Made by a program: the position numbers and the translations under genes
Notes under the pieces: generated by a model
Databases searched by the model: none
What the model saw: the letters and a program-made list of their open reading frames with translations, nothing else
What the model was told of the DNA's origin: nothing
NCBI RefSeq assembly: GCF_902459465.1
Contig: NC_047078.1
Span: forward strand, 5,084,001-5,148,000
Direction: 5' to 3'
Origin: Asterias rubens
Lineage: Eukaryota
DNA: 64,000 nucleotides
Shown here: piece after piece, positions 1 through 13,437 of the stretch
Layout of the letters: each line of letters starts with the position of its first letter
Numbering within the stretch: the stretch's first letter is position 1

Positions 1-961
1 GTTTGTGAGGGTCAAAAGCCATATTTAGTGGTATTTTGTGGACGGCCTGAAGTGTTGAGACTTGATCGGTTGCCAGTTTGTGTTTTGAGTATGTAGAGCG
101 CTCAAAACTGTGTTCTGGGCTCGGCGCCAGTTTTGTGGCGTCGGCCCGACCGCTATGGCTAACAATCAACAAAACTTCACAATATTTTGCTCTAAAGGTG
201 TATTTTGAAAAGTGAGTACAAACGTCTTTGTCTTTTATACCGGTTAATAATTGTGAAGGGAATTACTAAATAGTAAAATAAATTAAGAGGTTGGTCTGCA
301 TTAAGTTTTTGGGAAGAAGTTCTGACGGGGAATGTGGAGATCTGACGGAGAAATGACAGTTCACGATGCACTGTTAGCCGCTTATGGCTGTTCGTAGACT
401 TACCGGGGACCGGTAAGGGGAGGACAAGTAGGCCCTACCCTTGACATAAGTTCACAATTCGAGCTATGATCTTGCCCTTAAATGATAATTTTTGTCAAGT
501 TCTACCTGGTGACGAACAAATTTATAAATGTAAAACGTTTTTGTTCTCGTTTACAGATGGTTATTTGTTAAAAACAACTTCCATGATCCTGGTTCAGACA
601 ACTACCTTAAATTTTGACAAAGGTCCTAATCAACACCTGACGTCAATTGCATAAAATTACCTTAGTGGGATAACAATATGAGCGTTATTTTTAAAATCAG
701 TTTGTTTAAACTTAGGAGAAAAAAAACACTCAAAATTTCTCAAGCCGCTTACTTATTTCCGACTTTAAAATAAAAATGATATATTAATGTTCCATTTTGT
801 ATGGTCCTAAATTTGCCATTAAAAGCTGGCAACAAAAATATTGCACTACATGTACTCATTTCAAGTCATTGCATTAAATTATTGAAAAGAAACGTAATAG
901 TTTATTTCGCAAGACGGGGTTTGTATTGTATTCCAGGTTCAGACGTGTCTTATTTCAAGGG

Positions 962-1460
962 TAAAGGCAGTGGACATTATTGGTAATTGCTCAAAACATA
1001 TATTATCATAACACCTTACTTGGTAACGATCAGTTATGGGTGCTAAGTATAAAACATTGTGAGAAACGGCTCCGAAGAAGTTATTCTATACGAATTTGAT
1101 TTCGAGACCTCGCTTAGATTTTGAGGTCTCGAAATCAAGCATCTGAAAGCACACAACTTCGGGTGTTTTTACTGTCATTATTATCTCGCAACTTCGACGA
1201 CCAATTTTTTAGTTCAAATCTTTACAGGTTTGCTATTTTGTGCATGTTGAGATACACAAAGTGAGATAAATACTTCGAACTATTTATATGGCCAACTCGA
1301 TGTCAAATAATTGTCTTTTTCACTTGGTGTATCTCAACATAATATGCACACACAACTGTGAAAATTTGAATCCAAATGGTCGTCGAAGTTGCTAAATAAT
1401 AATCGAAGAAAAAAACACCCTTGTCGCACAAGTTGTGTGCTTTCAGATGCTTGATTTCTT
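962..1460. mobile_element. Two partial, oppositely oriented copies of the local ~360-bp TTAA-flanked (Kolobok-like) MITE family
   Basis: Starts taaaggcagtggacattattggtaatt and shares internal blocks (gagacctc...tttgaggtctcgaaatcaagcatctgaaagcacacaact) with the copies at 3709, 42899 and 45784. The block at ~1315-1460 is the reverse complement. Confidence 0.65.
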
Positions 1461-2024
1461 ACAAGACGTCAAATAACAGATTGTAACTGTGCCAAACATC
1501 TTTCGTATTTCAATTCATTTTGATTCGTGTTTGGGAAGTCCTGTAAGGTCTTGTGCTTTTCATAACTGTCTTGATTTTTACTAGTTGTTAGCTTTTTAAT
1601 CACTATCTAATTCTTGTATTATGCGCTCGAACATGTAAATTAAGACGCAGTATAAACTCAATTTATTTATCACATTTTAGCTCCCATTTAACAGTCGAGG
1701 TATCTTCATTACACCATTTGTTTCAGTTTGACATCGTCACTGAAAATACTTCAACGATTTGCCCAAGAGCATTGCTGTATGTTGTCGTGCTTATTGGTCC
1801 CTTTTAAGGTTAACATTCTATTCAAATCGCATTCAAATCGAACTAACTCATGCAGCATAATTCTGCCAACCACTGTGTACGCCATACATTACTGTATAAA
1901 AGGTTTGTGCTTGAACTCTGTGTGACCGTTAGACTTGACCAAGTCCCAATCCCGTGCCGTCCCCGAAAACTATGCTATTGTTTTGTAAAGCGCTGGACCA
2001 CTGTAGCTATATTTTGAACGCACG

Positions 2025-2148
2025 GGCCCCGATAACGAGAACGATAAAAATGCACGCCCTCGATTGGTTGAATGAGCGTGGGCGTATTCTGTGTGGAGCA
2101 TTTCAACCAACAGAGGCGTGCATTTTTACCGTTCTCGTTATCGGGGCC
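2025..2148. mobile_element. 124-bp hairpin MITE (GGCCCC termini, Harbinger/Tourist-like)
   Basis: Left arm ggccccgataacgagaacgataaaaatgcacgcc pairs with right arm ggcgtgcatttttaccgttctcgttatcggggcc. No clean TSD seen. Confidence 0.65.
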
Positions 2149-3708
2149 TGGTGTGACCGGGCCTTTTAGAGAACCTTTTTTTGTTTGGGGGGGGGGGGGG
2201 GGGGAGGCACATGTTCACTGTTTCGGTTCAAAGATCGCATGGCTCAGAGATCAGGAATACTTATTAAGATAAAGTAGGTTGCATGCTGCAAGTTGCATTA
2301 AACATTATCAAGTGGGTCTGTCGAACCATTACAATTTACACATACAGTCATGCACTATTAAAGACTACTTTGGTGTTGTCAAAGACATGTTCAGATTCAG
2401 CTGGGAAAAGTCGGAGGCTTGGTGTCATCGTAAGAATTTCCAACTTTTTGTTGATGAAAATGAATGTGCCCGTCTTGTTTGCAAAACATAAAGTAAGGAC
2501 CCTTATTGAAAACGGTGACGATATTTTAAAGTAATAACGATAAAGAAACTCGCATACGAGAGAAAAGGTAATGTTTATTTGTATTCACAAAGTGAAATGT
2601 TTGTTCTAGAACATGACATCGTTTGTTTTGTTTTCGTTTTGCATTCCGGAGGCAAGGCTTGTGTCAACTGTTAATTTAATCATTGGTGTTTCAAATTGAG
2701 AACCATTCATGTGAAAAAGAAGAACCACTGTGTGTCAGCAACCATTGAAATACCACCAACCATTTACATTTGTTTGGATTCGAGTTTAGAGTATTAAATC
2801 CTTTACTGCGGGAAATCGGTATGTAAAACGAACAGTAGGCCTGTTTGATAACTGTAATGTAAAACTTAATGCTGGCAAATCAATTCTGCCAATCATCTTA
2901 ATTTTTTTTATTTTTTTTATATGACACTCTTTTGTATAAATGATCAAGGTATTTTGTATTTTTACGGTTGTAATTTTTTACTGTTGTTTGGTCATTGGCC
3001 AAGGGTGTAAATCTATTCACTTATTGGTATAAAAAGTTGCGATATGTTGAGAACTTTGAATCCCTGTCGAGTTTGCACGATAACTACAAAGTCTTAAACG
3101 TTCTTGTGACACGTTAACATGAGGAAGCACTATGTAGCGCAACTGACGTGCGAAACAAGAGATGTTAAATAGAATCGTGACGATTAATTGATTTCTCAAA
3201 CTAATGTACGTGCTAACATTAACAAACATCGGTGTATTTGTAAAAAACAGAATTAATATTATTTATCCCCGTTGCAAATGTTTTTATGTGTTGTTTTATG
3301 CCCTTCCTTGTCTTATTTTTGTCTGGCTTTTCTGGGATTTTGTAGACATACACCTTTTAAATGTTTAACTCCGGCTGATGCTTTTCTGTGGGCATCCAAC
3401 TGTTGTTTAAGTTAAGTTTTTAATAAACATGTAGTTTTATTGTGTGTGGGGGTGTACTTGTAAATGTTTTGCCGAATACATATTAATATCAGTATTAGTG
3501 CTTAAATGGTTTGAGTTCTTGTCATAGCTCAAATCAACCCCCCCCCACCCCCAAAAATGTAATGATTAAAAAACCTATTCACACAAATTATGTTAAGTCA
3601 TTGCAGCGATTTGAAAGGAAGTTACAAATTGCTGAAAATTTAACTGCTTGTGTCAGCCAAGGAAAAACACAAGTAGGTGAAATACAGTTCAGAACTGATC
3701 CATCTTAA

Positions 3709-4070
3709 AGGCAGTGGACACAATTGGTAATTACTCACAATTATTAGCGTAAAACCTTACTTGGTGACGAGTAATGGGTAGAGATTGATGGTATAAAACA
3801 TTGTGAGGAACGGCTCCCTCTGGAGTGACATAGTTTTCGAGAAAGAAGTAATTGTCAACGAATTTTGATTTCGAGACCTCAGACTTAGAATTTGAGGCCT
3901 CGAAATCAACCATCTAAAAGCACACAACGGTGTGTAACAATGGTGTTTTTCTCTCATACTTATCACGCAACTTCGACGACCGATTGAGCTCAAATTTTTA
4001 CAGGTTTGTTATGTTGTGCATATGTTGAGATACACTAGTCTTTTACATCTACCAATAGTGTTCAGTGTGT
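3709..4070. mobile_element. Kolobok-like MITE
   Basis: TTAA on both sides (3705-3708, 4071-4074). Imperfect TIR aggcagtggacacaattggta / taccaatagtgttcagtgtgt. TTAA TSD with AG..CT ends is the Kolobok pattern. Confidence 0.7.
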
Positions 4071-4389
4071 TTAAGATATATATGTATGTTCGTTAGAAAA
4101 TCATAGTACGGCAAAGTGTTGATGCCAGGAATTTATGTATAGGCGTAGGTTGTACGCAACCACCCATCCAAATAATGGGCCAAGTCACAACGTTTCATTT
4201 CCTTTTTTTTTACCAGAGTGTGGAGGCTATTCAACTTCGACCTAAAGATTCACGGTTTCGGCCTTTAGGTAAGTTATATCAGTCCACAGTGCTTTTTTTA
4301 ACAAATCCCTCTTGCCTTAGTATCAAGAAAAAAATCACCTACTCCTAATAGTTTTCCTAAGTAAAAATTATTTGCTTTATCTTTGAATA

Positions 4390-4720
4390 AAGGTATACTG
4401 AACACGTATGGTAATTGTCCATGATCAGTATCTCACTCGGTGTATCCCAACATAATTTTATGCATAAATTAACAAATCTGTGAAAAGTTGAGCTCAACTG
4501 GTCATTGAAGTTGCACGGATGAAAAAGACACCCTTGTTGGACAGCAAAAGTGTGCTTTCAGAAAGGGATAAAAAGCCCTCTGGCCAGAATTGTTTTAATT
4601 ATTATAGTGAGAAAAAGCCTCCTCAACTACGTTACTTCCAACGGAGCCGTTTCTCACAATGTGTTATGCTATCAACAGCTCTCCGTTGCCCGTTACCATG
4701 TAAGGTTTTGTGCTAACAAT
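4390..4720. mobile_element. Partial copy of the same MITE family
   Basis: Shares ctcactcggtgtatcccaacat...aacaaatctgtgaaaagttgagctcaa and ggagccgtttctcacaatgt with the other copies. Confidence 0.6.
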
Positions 4721-5519
4721 AACTGTTTGTCATACTGACAAGGTACCTGTCCCGTATGACAAGATTATGTTCACAGCGCCCTCTTTGTTTTTCGACAATC
4801 CGCAATTCTGGTCTCAGTGACAAGAACCCATCTTGCCAATGGAAACGACAAGATACATTTGTCATACTGATAAGATACCTGTCCCAGTATGACAAGATTA
4901 TGTTCACAGCGAGCGCCCTCTTTGTTTTTCGCCCATCCGTGTTTGCGCAATCTCTGCTCTGGTCCGATCGAGGGGGACATTAATCCAAACAAAAACACGA
5001 TTGTTTTCGTCACTTACGAACATCGTCTCTATTTTGTAATATTTCACTTAAACAAACTTCACAAAAGATAATTAAATAGTTTTTCTTTGAGTTTTGTTTT
5101 GTTTTAGACTAACAACAATTATTTTCTTTCTGTAAAGTTACGCTTAAACGTTGCTGTTTGTAAGCCAAAAAAAGTGAGAAAGGGTCAAATCCTAAATTTG
5201 TCTGTGGGCAAGCTCATTCTTGCATTGGTAGAACCCATAACTGCAACTGGTCGTGATGGTTGGTTGCGTGCAATGGAAAACCACGGTGAAATTCGCATTC
5301 CACTTTAATTTGTGCCCGCTTTTCCGTAACCGCTACTTTACAAGTAGAACTGACCCAGAATTCTGTGAGAAGTTTCAAAGTTGAAGGCAAGGACCACATA
5401 CACAGCAGTGAGAAATATATGGTAAACCAATCAGTGACTTCGAATTAAACAATCGGCTCCGGGGACCGAAAAACGAAGTCACCGATTGGCCAACAGATGC
5501 GCGCTTCAAAAAAACTTTA

Positions 5520-5870
5520 TGCATTGACATTCTTTCTACTATTGACACAGTAAAGTTTCTAAAAAAGGTAACATTTTGTGATTGATGACAGATGATCATT
5601 AACCAGTTGTACTAGTGAATTATTTGAGCAGACGCATCGTCGTGTACGATATTCTTTCTTACTATTGGCACAGTAAAGTTTCTGAAAAGGTAACATTTTG
5701 TGCATTGATGACAGATGATCATTGCCCAGTTGAACTAGTGAATAATATTTGAGCAGACGCATCGTCGTGTGTGATATTCTTTCTATTGACACATAACAGT
5801 AAAGTTTCTGAAAAAAGGGTAACAATTTGATTGAAGATCATTACCCAGTTGTAGTGAATTATTTGAGCTA
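5520..5870. repeat. Tandem repeat, ~122-bp unit x ~3
   Basis: attg(a/g)cacagtaaagtttct recurs at ~5541, ~5664 and ~5785, each followed by aaggtaacatttt and a gatcatt...ccagttg block. Confidence 0.8.
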
Positions 5871-6186
5871 AAATGCAATACATTCGAGGCAGACTTGTAA
5901 TTTTATAAGCCGTTTTTCCCTTGCATACGTTAGTTGTACAAAACGCACGGTAGACTGTATTACAGCCGCCATACGCACATCGTGTACACTGCACGTAGGC
6001 TATATAGGCATGCATGTACTGTACTGTATATTGTGTAGGTAATAGCTGTCGTAAGCAATGTGATACTTTTTAGTTGTACATGTATAACATTCACGCGCGC
6101 ATGCTGCTGCTGCCTGCGTTATAGTATAGAGCAACAGCCCTCCCCTGCGTATAAACAACAAAGGTTGTGTTTTTGCCTGCGCCATT

Positions 6187-7304
6187 ATGGAAGACCAGAA
6201 CAATGTGTTTATTTGCGTTTATTGTGATTATGAAACCCATCAATTCAGGAGACTATTCAACCATTATAGGTTTGTACACGAAATTGAAAATGCCATTTTT
6301 AGAATAAATGCCATTTTTAGATATAAATGGATGTCACAGAAATCTCTCTTCAGTAAGATGTTTTGTCAACCACATCAGAGTACTTCACAAAGACTTTTAC
6401 CGCATACATTACGTGAATGCAGTTGAAAATGTTGGTAATGATGCCAATGAGCTTGTGGTAAATCATGGCATCATGGGAGGAGCACCTGAGCAGCATGTAG
6501 GCTTACAAGATCAAGGTGATGTGGATATGCAAGATGTACAAAACGTAGGCCTTCCTATGCAAATAGATCTTAAGCCAAAGGTTGTACTATTTCTTCTGAA
6601 ACTAAGAGAGTTACATAAAGTACCGGGGTCTGTTTGTAGTTTTGTTGCGTCAGAGATTGTAAATATTTTGCAGATGTCTAAAACAAAGATGCATTCTCAG
6701 TTGGATGCAGCTCTTCTTGAAGATGATGTCAATCGAGATGAGATTGCGACTGCCTTGGCTGTTATTAAGTCAACAGAATTAGAAGACATTTTTCACAGTT
6801 TCGAAGATAACAGAAAACTGAGTAGTTATGTTCAGTCCGAGTTTCCCTTTGTTGAACCAATCGAATTTGTACTTGGTGCAGATGTTGGGGGTAAATGTGA
6901 ATTTTATATACCCATTTTGGAAACATTGAAGTTACTCTTGCAAAATGAAGATGTATTAGCAGAGGTTGTGCAGAGTCACAAGTCTGAGGATGGTAAATTA
7001 AAAGACTTTTGTGATGGTACTATCTTCAGAGAAAATGAATTGTTCGCCTTTGACTCTTCAAGTTTACAGGTTGTGTTATATTATGATGTCTTTAACATTG
7101 TAAATCCACCTGGAAATAAGGTCAAGAATTACAAATTTGCAGCATTTTATTTTTGTGCTTGGTAACTTTTCACCACAATACAGGTCTAGGTCGCATGTGT
7201 ACAAATCAAAACACTGAAAAAAGTATGGATTTAAGAAAGTACTCGAGCCATTGCTTCTTGATCTTGCAGTGTTAGAAGAGGAAGATGTTTGTGTGAATAA
7301 GAAT
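6187..7304 (+). pseudogene. EnSpm/CACTA-type transposase, 5' part (frameshifted)
   Basis: N-terminal C2H2 fingers (CVYC...HYRFVH; C..NGC...HIRVLH) and the motif LKDFCDGTIFRENELF...LQVVLYYDVFNIVNPPG..YKFAAFYF typical of animal EnSpm transposases. Frameshifts near 6310 and 7160. Confidence 0.8.
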
Positions 7305-8142
7305 CCAAGTGGGCAAAATACGTTGAAATAACGTTGAAACAACGTCATACCCCGACGTTAAAGTAACGTTGAATATTAGTTGGATTTGCAAATCGTTTTA
7401 ACGTTGAAATGCCGACGTAGAAACAACGTGGGAATATTAACTCTGCTTCAATGTCGGCATTTGTACGTTGTTTCAACGTTAAGTTTCTATGTTGAAACAA
7501 CGTTGAATAATGGTTGGATTTGCAAATCGTTTTAACGTTGACATGCCGACGTAAAAACAACGTTAAAATCACCATGTTGTTTCAACGTCAGGTTTAGACG
7601 CTGAAACAACGTTCAATAATAGTTGGATTTGCAAATCGTTATAACGTTGAAATGCCGACGTAGAACCAACGTTGCAATCACCATGTAGAAACAATGGCTT
7701 TTTAATTCCCTAGTTAGTTATTTACACGTACTTTAATATTTATACTAACTCTATACATGACTACAACCTATCAAGGTCTATACATCTATTCACACTGTAT
7801 GTCTTGTATATATGTAGACCAAGATCCCTAAATTTTCTAGTCGTGGTTTTACTCCGTTTTTAGCTAAAAACTGCTTAATTATTAATTCAAATGTTTAAAC
7901 TACAAATTTTTGCTTGGACTTTTGTTGTTCGTGTTTTTTAACATTCGAATTAAACACAAAAGTTCAGAAACTTTCCTCGGATAACTTAACTACACCAAAG
8001 TGTTTTATTATCAAAAATACACTTCTAGGCCACGTGACCCCCAATTTGCATATCATGTCAATGTTAAATCAACGTTGGATCAATGTTGGATCAACAATAG
8101 TGTGATCGATTGGTATAACACTGAAGTTTTCGCATCTTGGTT

Positions 8143-9205
8143 ATAATAATAATAATAATAAGACATTTGTAAAGCGCCTAATGCAAAAACAATAAATAAT
8201 TAGAGAAAGATACAAGATACAAATAGGCAAATTACAAAAAAGAAGCTTGAAACAAACGAGCTTTCAACAAGGACTTAAAACGTTGTAAAGTATTAGCTTG
8301 GTGAATATGCACAGGAAGACTATTCCAAAGAAACGGTGCGGCGTAGGAAAAGATCTGTGGCCATAAAAAATGGAAGAAGCTCTATAGCAGAAAGCAATGA
8401 CTGTTGAGATGATCGTTAAGTCCGAGTAGGGGAATAATGATGAACAAGTTCAGATAAATAAGCAGGAGATTGACATGTTTGAGCCTTTAAAGTTAACAGA
8501 AGAATTTTGTAAACTGTTCGAGACTTAACTGGGAGCCAATGCAATTGCATTAGTACAGGTGTAATATGGTGAGAACGAGGCAGACAAGAAACGAGGCGAG
8601 CAGCAGTGTTTTGTGCACGTTGAATTTTAGCAAGATCTTTATCGGGGAGTCCATACAGAAGTGAATTGGTGACGAAGGCATGAACAAGACGAAGAGTAAT
8701 TGCTTCATCCAGGTAGGATGCACAATGATGAATCCATAATAACACCGAGGTTACGGGCAAATTCAGATGGTTCAATGACAGACTGGGCAATTTGTATTGT
8801 TGGCGGCGAAATCTTTTTGGCGAAACGAGATCTCAAAAAATTAATCTCAGTTTTTGAGTCATTCAAAGCAAGTTTATTTGACAACGCCCAAGATTTGACA
8901 TCTTGAATGCACACTTCAACTTTTGCAATGGCAGAAGCGCGATCAGCTGGATCAAATTAATGTAATGTAAAGTTGTGTGTCGTCAGCGTAAGCAACACTA
9001 GAAATACCATGAGCAGCAATGAGGTCTTGCAAGGGTGCACTGAACAATATAAATTCAAGTAGCCCAGCTACAGAACCTTGTGGAACACCACACCAGAGAT
9101 GATGGCGATCTGATTTAACACTGTTGATGAGAACATGCTGGGTTCTGTTGTTCAGATAAGAAGAGAACCAGTTAAGGGCAGTTCCAGTAATTCCATAGCG
9201 TGAAG
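8143..9205 (-). mobile_element. 5'-truncated L2/CR1-group LINE fragment (RT C-terminal half)
   Basis: GVPQGSV, YADDTQLY, LNDSKTE, ARNLGVIMD and HITPVLMQLHWLPV motifs spread over ORFs 8416-9236. The 3' end ggcgctttacaaat is followed by a (TTA)n tail. Confidence 0.85.
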
Positions 9206-10289
9206 CAAAAAAAAAAACGTCAACGTCAACCTTCAAACCTGTTTTACAATATTAACAAGCAAACTATTCTGTAACTATTTTATTAGGACAGTTATATTTT
9301 ATGAATTGCCGCTTCAACATAGTTCAACATAAGTTGCCCACGGCAGCTCGCCGATAATGTAACCCAATAAAAAAAATCAATGGTAGCTATAGTTTATAGC
9401 TTAAATGCTGCCAACATTGTGTCAGCACTATAATAACCGGCGTTGGCCACATAAGTCCATTGTGGTAAATGTCGAGACAGAGCCATCATTGGTCCCACAT
9501 TAATAATATTAAGAATAACAGGTATTTAGAAATGCTCCCCATAGAAAACTATATCACATCGCTTACAGCAACTTAAATGCACAATCTTAGCGGAAAAGCT
9601 ACATACACAATGTTCGAAAAAATAAGAAAAAGAGAAAAGCTTAAACAGGGAAGAGATGTGTTTTCAGAAGTTTTTGAAATTGGTCTGTGGACTTGTCTTA
9701 ACTTCCATGCTGTGGATGCAGTTACAGTGAATGTGCGATCGCCAGATTGCTTCGGGTCCTAGGAATGGTAAGCAAAAATGGGTCTCGAGAAGAGCGAAGA
9801 TTATGGCGAGATGGGGTTGTGAAATGTAAAGCAACCCTTGATGTATAATGGCGTCATGTCATGGAAGGCTTTAAAAACAAACAAAAGTACTTTGAAGAGA
9901 ATTCTTTCTTTTATACGGGAAGCCAGTGGAGACATTGGAAAGCAACACATCATGCTTTCCGCTATTGCTTATTAATCCATGTACAGGAAAGCATTGATTG
10001 TGACATGACCTCATCAGATAATGCACATTTCGCCGGCCTTATCCCGAAATCTCTGCCAGCAAGTTGTCTATTAATTTTATTCAGAACACACAAATTGTGT
10101 CACATATTTTGGTGAGTGCACGAACCCTTCCCGCTGAGACATAAATTTTCCACAAAAGATAACATGTTGATGGCACAATGATTGCAAAATAAACATGGCA
10201 ATTTCTTAAACTGCCCGTTGGAAGAATAAGCATTGATTTTAGTTGGTTATTTTGCAATGCAACAACAACCTTTATCCAATTTGTGAAAC

Positions 10290-11200
10290 TACCTGACTGA
10301 TGACGGATTGGACCAACGTTGATTTTAGGTTGTTATCATCACAACGCAAAAACAACCTTTATCCAACATTGTATGTCAGAAACCTCATGTTGAAACAATT
10401 CGTTACCAGACTGATGTTGGATCAACATTGATTTGAGGTTATTGTTAACGTGAGGTAAAAACATCCAACGTTGCACATACATCAAAAATTATTACGTCGA
10501 TACAACGTTAGCAGACTGATATTGGATCAACATTGATTTGAGGTTATTACCGTGACGCAAAAACAACCTTTATGCAACAATGTAAAACGTGAAAAACATC
10601 GCAGAGTGATATTGGATCAACATTGATTTTATCCAACGTTGCAGGCCTACATACTTCAAAAACATTACATTGATACAACGTTGGCAGACTGATGTTGGAT
10701 CAACGTTGATGTTGTGTTGTTATTATCCCGACGCAAAAAACAACCTTTATCCAACGTTGTACTTACGACCAAACCATTACGTTGATACAACGTCAGCAGA
10801 CTGATGTTGGATCAACGTCGATTTTTAGGTGATTATTATCCCGACGCAAATTCAACCTTTATCCAACGTTGTACTTACGTCAAAAACATTACGTTGATAC
10901 AACATTGACAGACTGATGTTGGATCAACGTCGATTTTTGGTTGTTATTATCCCGACGTAAAAACAACCTTTATCCAACGTTGTACTTACGACCAAAACAT
11001 TGCATTGATACAACGTTAGCAGACTGATGTTGGATCAACGTCGATTTTTGGTTGTTATTATCCCGACGCAAAAACAACCTTTATCCAACGTTGTACTTAC
11101 GTCAAAAACATTACATTGATACAACGTTGGCAGACTGATGTTGGATCAACGTTGAATTTTGGTTGTTAACCTTTATCCAACGATTATGGAACGTCAAAGA
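10290..11200. repeat. Subterminal tandem array, ~111-bp unit x ~7-8
   Basis: ctgatgttggatcaacg recurs at ~10689, 10801, 10913, 11024 and 11135. The unit contains several AACGTT palindromes. Confidence 0.85.
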
Positions 11201-11322
11201 ACAACCTAAAATCAACGTCGCAAATGTGACGTTGAAACAACGTTGATTTATGGTACTTCAACGTTGCGACGCCAAATCAACCAATATCCAACATTGAAAT
11301 AACGTTGTGTGCGCACTGGGAT

Positions 11323-11880
11323 AGTCATGACCATCGATTCAGAGGCACAGTGTCTTTTGTTTCTTAAGATAATATTGGTGCTCATTCACTAGGAGGATTC
11401 AATGAAAGCTTTAGTGGGTTAAGGATCAGTCGTTTCTGTATGGCCACGAGACAAAACCTTGATGATTGCTTGACCACAGATAGTTGTGAAATGAGAACCT
11501 AAGAGAGCTACAATGCACAAGTTGCAATGGTGACCGAAGATGGAGCATTGGCGACAGCCTATGGCGTGAAAGGAGACTGTGTTCTTAATAATCTAGAATA
11601 TTACCATGTTACCAGAGGATTGCCATCGGACATTGCCCATGATCTCTTTGAGGGGCTCGTCCCAGAGGTGCTTCGGAATCTGGTGTTGTACTTTGTATCA
11701 GATGGTTACTTCAGCCTGGACCAACTGAACACAAGGATTGGGAGTTTTTCTTATGGTAAAACTGACAGGGTGAATAAACCCACTATGATGGCTTCAACAA
11801 TAGCAGATTTCCGGGTGAAACAAACAGCCAATTCAAAATACCAAGAGATGGGAGACCATGCTACTGCAGTACTTTGACAA
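11323..11880 (+). pseudogene. EnSpm/CACTA transposase, continuation (stop codons)
   Basis: DNIGAHSLGGFNESFSGLRISRFCM and YHVTRGLPSDIAHDLFEG motifs (GDNLG-x-H...GGF, D-x-x-HD-x-x-EG). Confidence 0.8.
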
Positions 11881-13437
11881 AGACTTCGGAGATTGGGTCG
11901 ACGTGGCCCCAATGTCCTCTCTTGAATATATGACGAGATTGCAAGTCCTGACTGCAGATGCCAATGATGATGTGGTGTCTTCTGCGTCTAGTAGCTGCAG
12001 TGAAACTCCTGAAGCCATTGAATGGTAAGTTTTGCCTGATAGACATAAAAAGGATGTGTCCATCTTAAAAATCACCACAGGCAAGGCTTTAAACATTAAG
12101 TGAAGGCAGGGGCGGATCCAGAGTTGTTTGCATGTGGTCAGGTTTTTTTTTTATACTTTATGTCTGATAATAACACCCTATTATGTTTTTTAATCATTTT
12201 TGTTTCGGCGCAGGGGGTACCCCCCCCCCCCCCTTTATTCGCACCGGATGGATTCTAATATACTGGCCAGTATAAATACAGATACTGTCAAGATGTATCT
12301 TGTGCAGTGTATTAATAAAGCTTAATATCTAAATAAAACGCTGTAAAATATAATCAGTCTCTAAAGTCTGTTTCTTCCTTTTTGTTATATTTTTACCTTT
12401 GTGGTGAATGAAAATTGAAACAAAATAAACTAAAATCCTCTACAAAAATGGTGTCCATATTTTAATTGTCCAACTACGGTTTTTGTCATTTAATTTTTTC
12501 TGAGGGACCATTTAAAAAAAATCGTTGCTCAGTTAATGACATTGATTTGAAATCAAATATTTGTTGTTTTAATGTTATGTTTTCAGCAGCCCTACTTTGA
12601 GCACTGCAACTACAGCAAAGGCTTTTCGGGTGTGGCCAATCAAGTTCAACTTTCCGGTGTACGCTCTGCGTGCTGGAGTGCAGCAGAAGCTGCGAGGTGG
12701 TGAAAAGCTAGATAGGGGAAACAGAACACAGATCACCGATGCTATTTATCAGGATGTGACAAAGTATACATAGTAAGTCTGAATAACTTACGTATTTTTC
12801 AAGTTGGACATAATCCTTCTTTTATGCATACATATGAGTCGAGCTAAATCAAGGGACCTGTAGTTCTACATTATCAACTGCCTCCATGCACTTTATTCTA
12901 AAGCAGCATCCTATTTCCTTACAAATGGCAAGTTCCACAACTGTACAATATTACAACACTTGTTTCATTCCATTTAGTTAGCAAAAGCACAAGAGGATCC
13001 CTGCAAGCAACTTGAAATGGAATTACATGTATCTCATTTTTTAAAACTTCACTTTTCAGGATTTTCAGGGCTTGCAATGAGTTTTCATGCTGAGTGGTGA
13101 ATTTGATCCTTTAATTTCCCATTCATGTTTGGCATTTAATTTTACTTCTTTTCAACAAAAGAGTGGCAATACACCGAGGTAGTCACAGCTTTCGTAGAGA
13201 CGTTTCCAAAAGTGAAGTCCAATGACAATTTGTCCATGGTAAGAGTTTAACATGTGGTTGAAGCATACACTCCTGCATTGCAGTATACAAAACTTAATAT
13301 CATTATCATGTGTTATTATTCTATATTTCTTGCAATGAAATCTGAAAAACAAATAAAAACCAAACTAAGAGCACCTGGCGATCTTTAGTGAAACAGTCGT
13401 TGTTAAAATGATTATAATTCAATTATCTTGTTTTCAG

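Larger units (their letters stand above)
7305..11320. mobile_element. Non-autonomous EnSpm-type element nested in the transposase
   Basis: Ends ccaagtgggca...tgcgcactggg with a 2-bp AT duplication (7303-7304, 11321-11322). Removing it restores the frame (VNKN-SHDHRFRGTVSFV). Both ends carry AACGTT-rich subterminal repeats. Confidence 0.85.

Noticed and set aside
1-470. CpG-richer stretch with ATGGCTAACAATC..., a possible first exon
   Set aside because: The frame closes after 17 codons, the donor is weak, and no downstream exons were found.
2188-2205. Poly-G/poly-C tracts (also near 12220, 20047, 62853)
   Set aside because: Simple homopolymers with no supporting context for function.
3731-4738. 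Short ORFs (3731, 3757, 4519, 4550; similarly 23347, 42920, 61934)
   Set aside because: They lie inside repeated non-coding MITEs. Their mutual similarity reflects the repeat, not a protein family.
7305-11320. Regularly spaced AACGTT repeats resembling a CRISPR array
   Set aside because: The units are tandem with no unique spacers, the context is eukaryotic with no cas genes, and CACTA subterminal repeats explain them.
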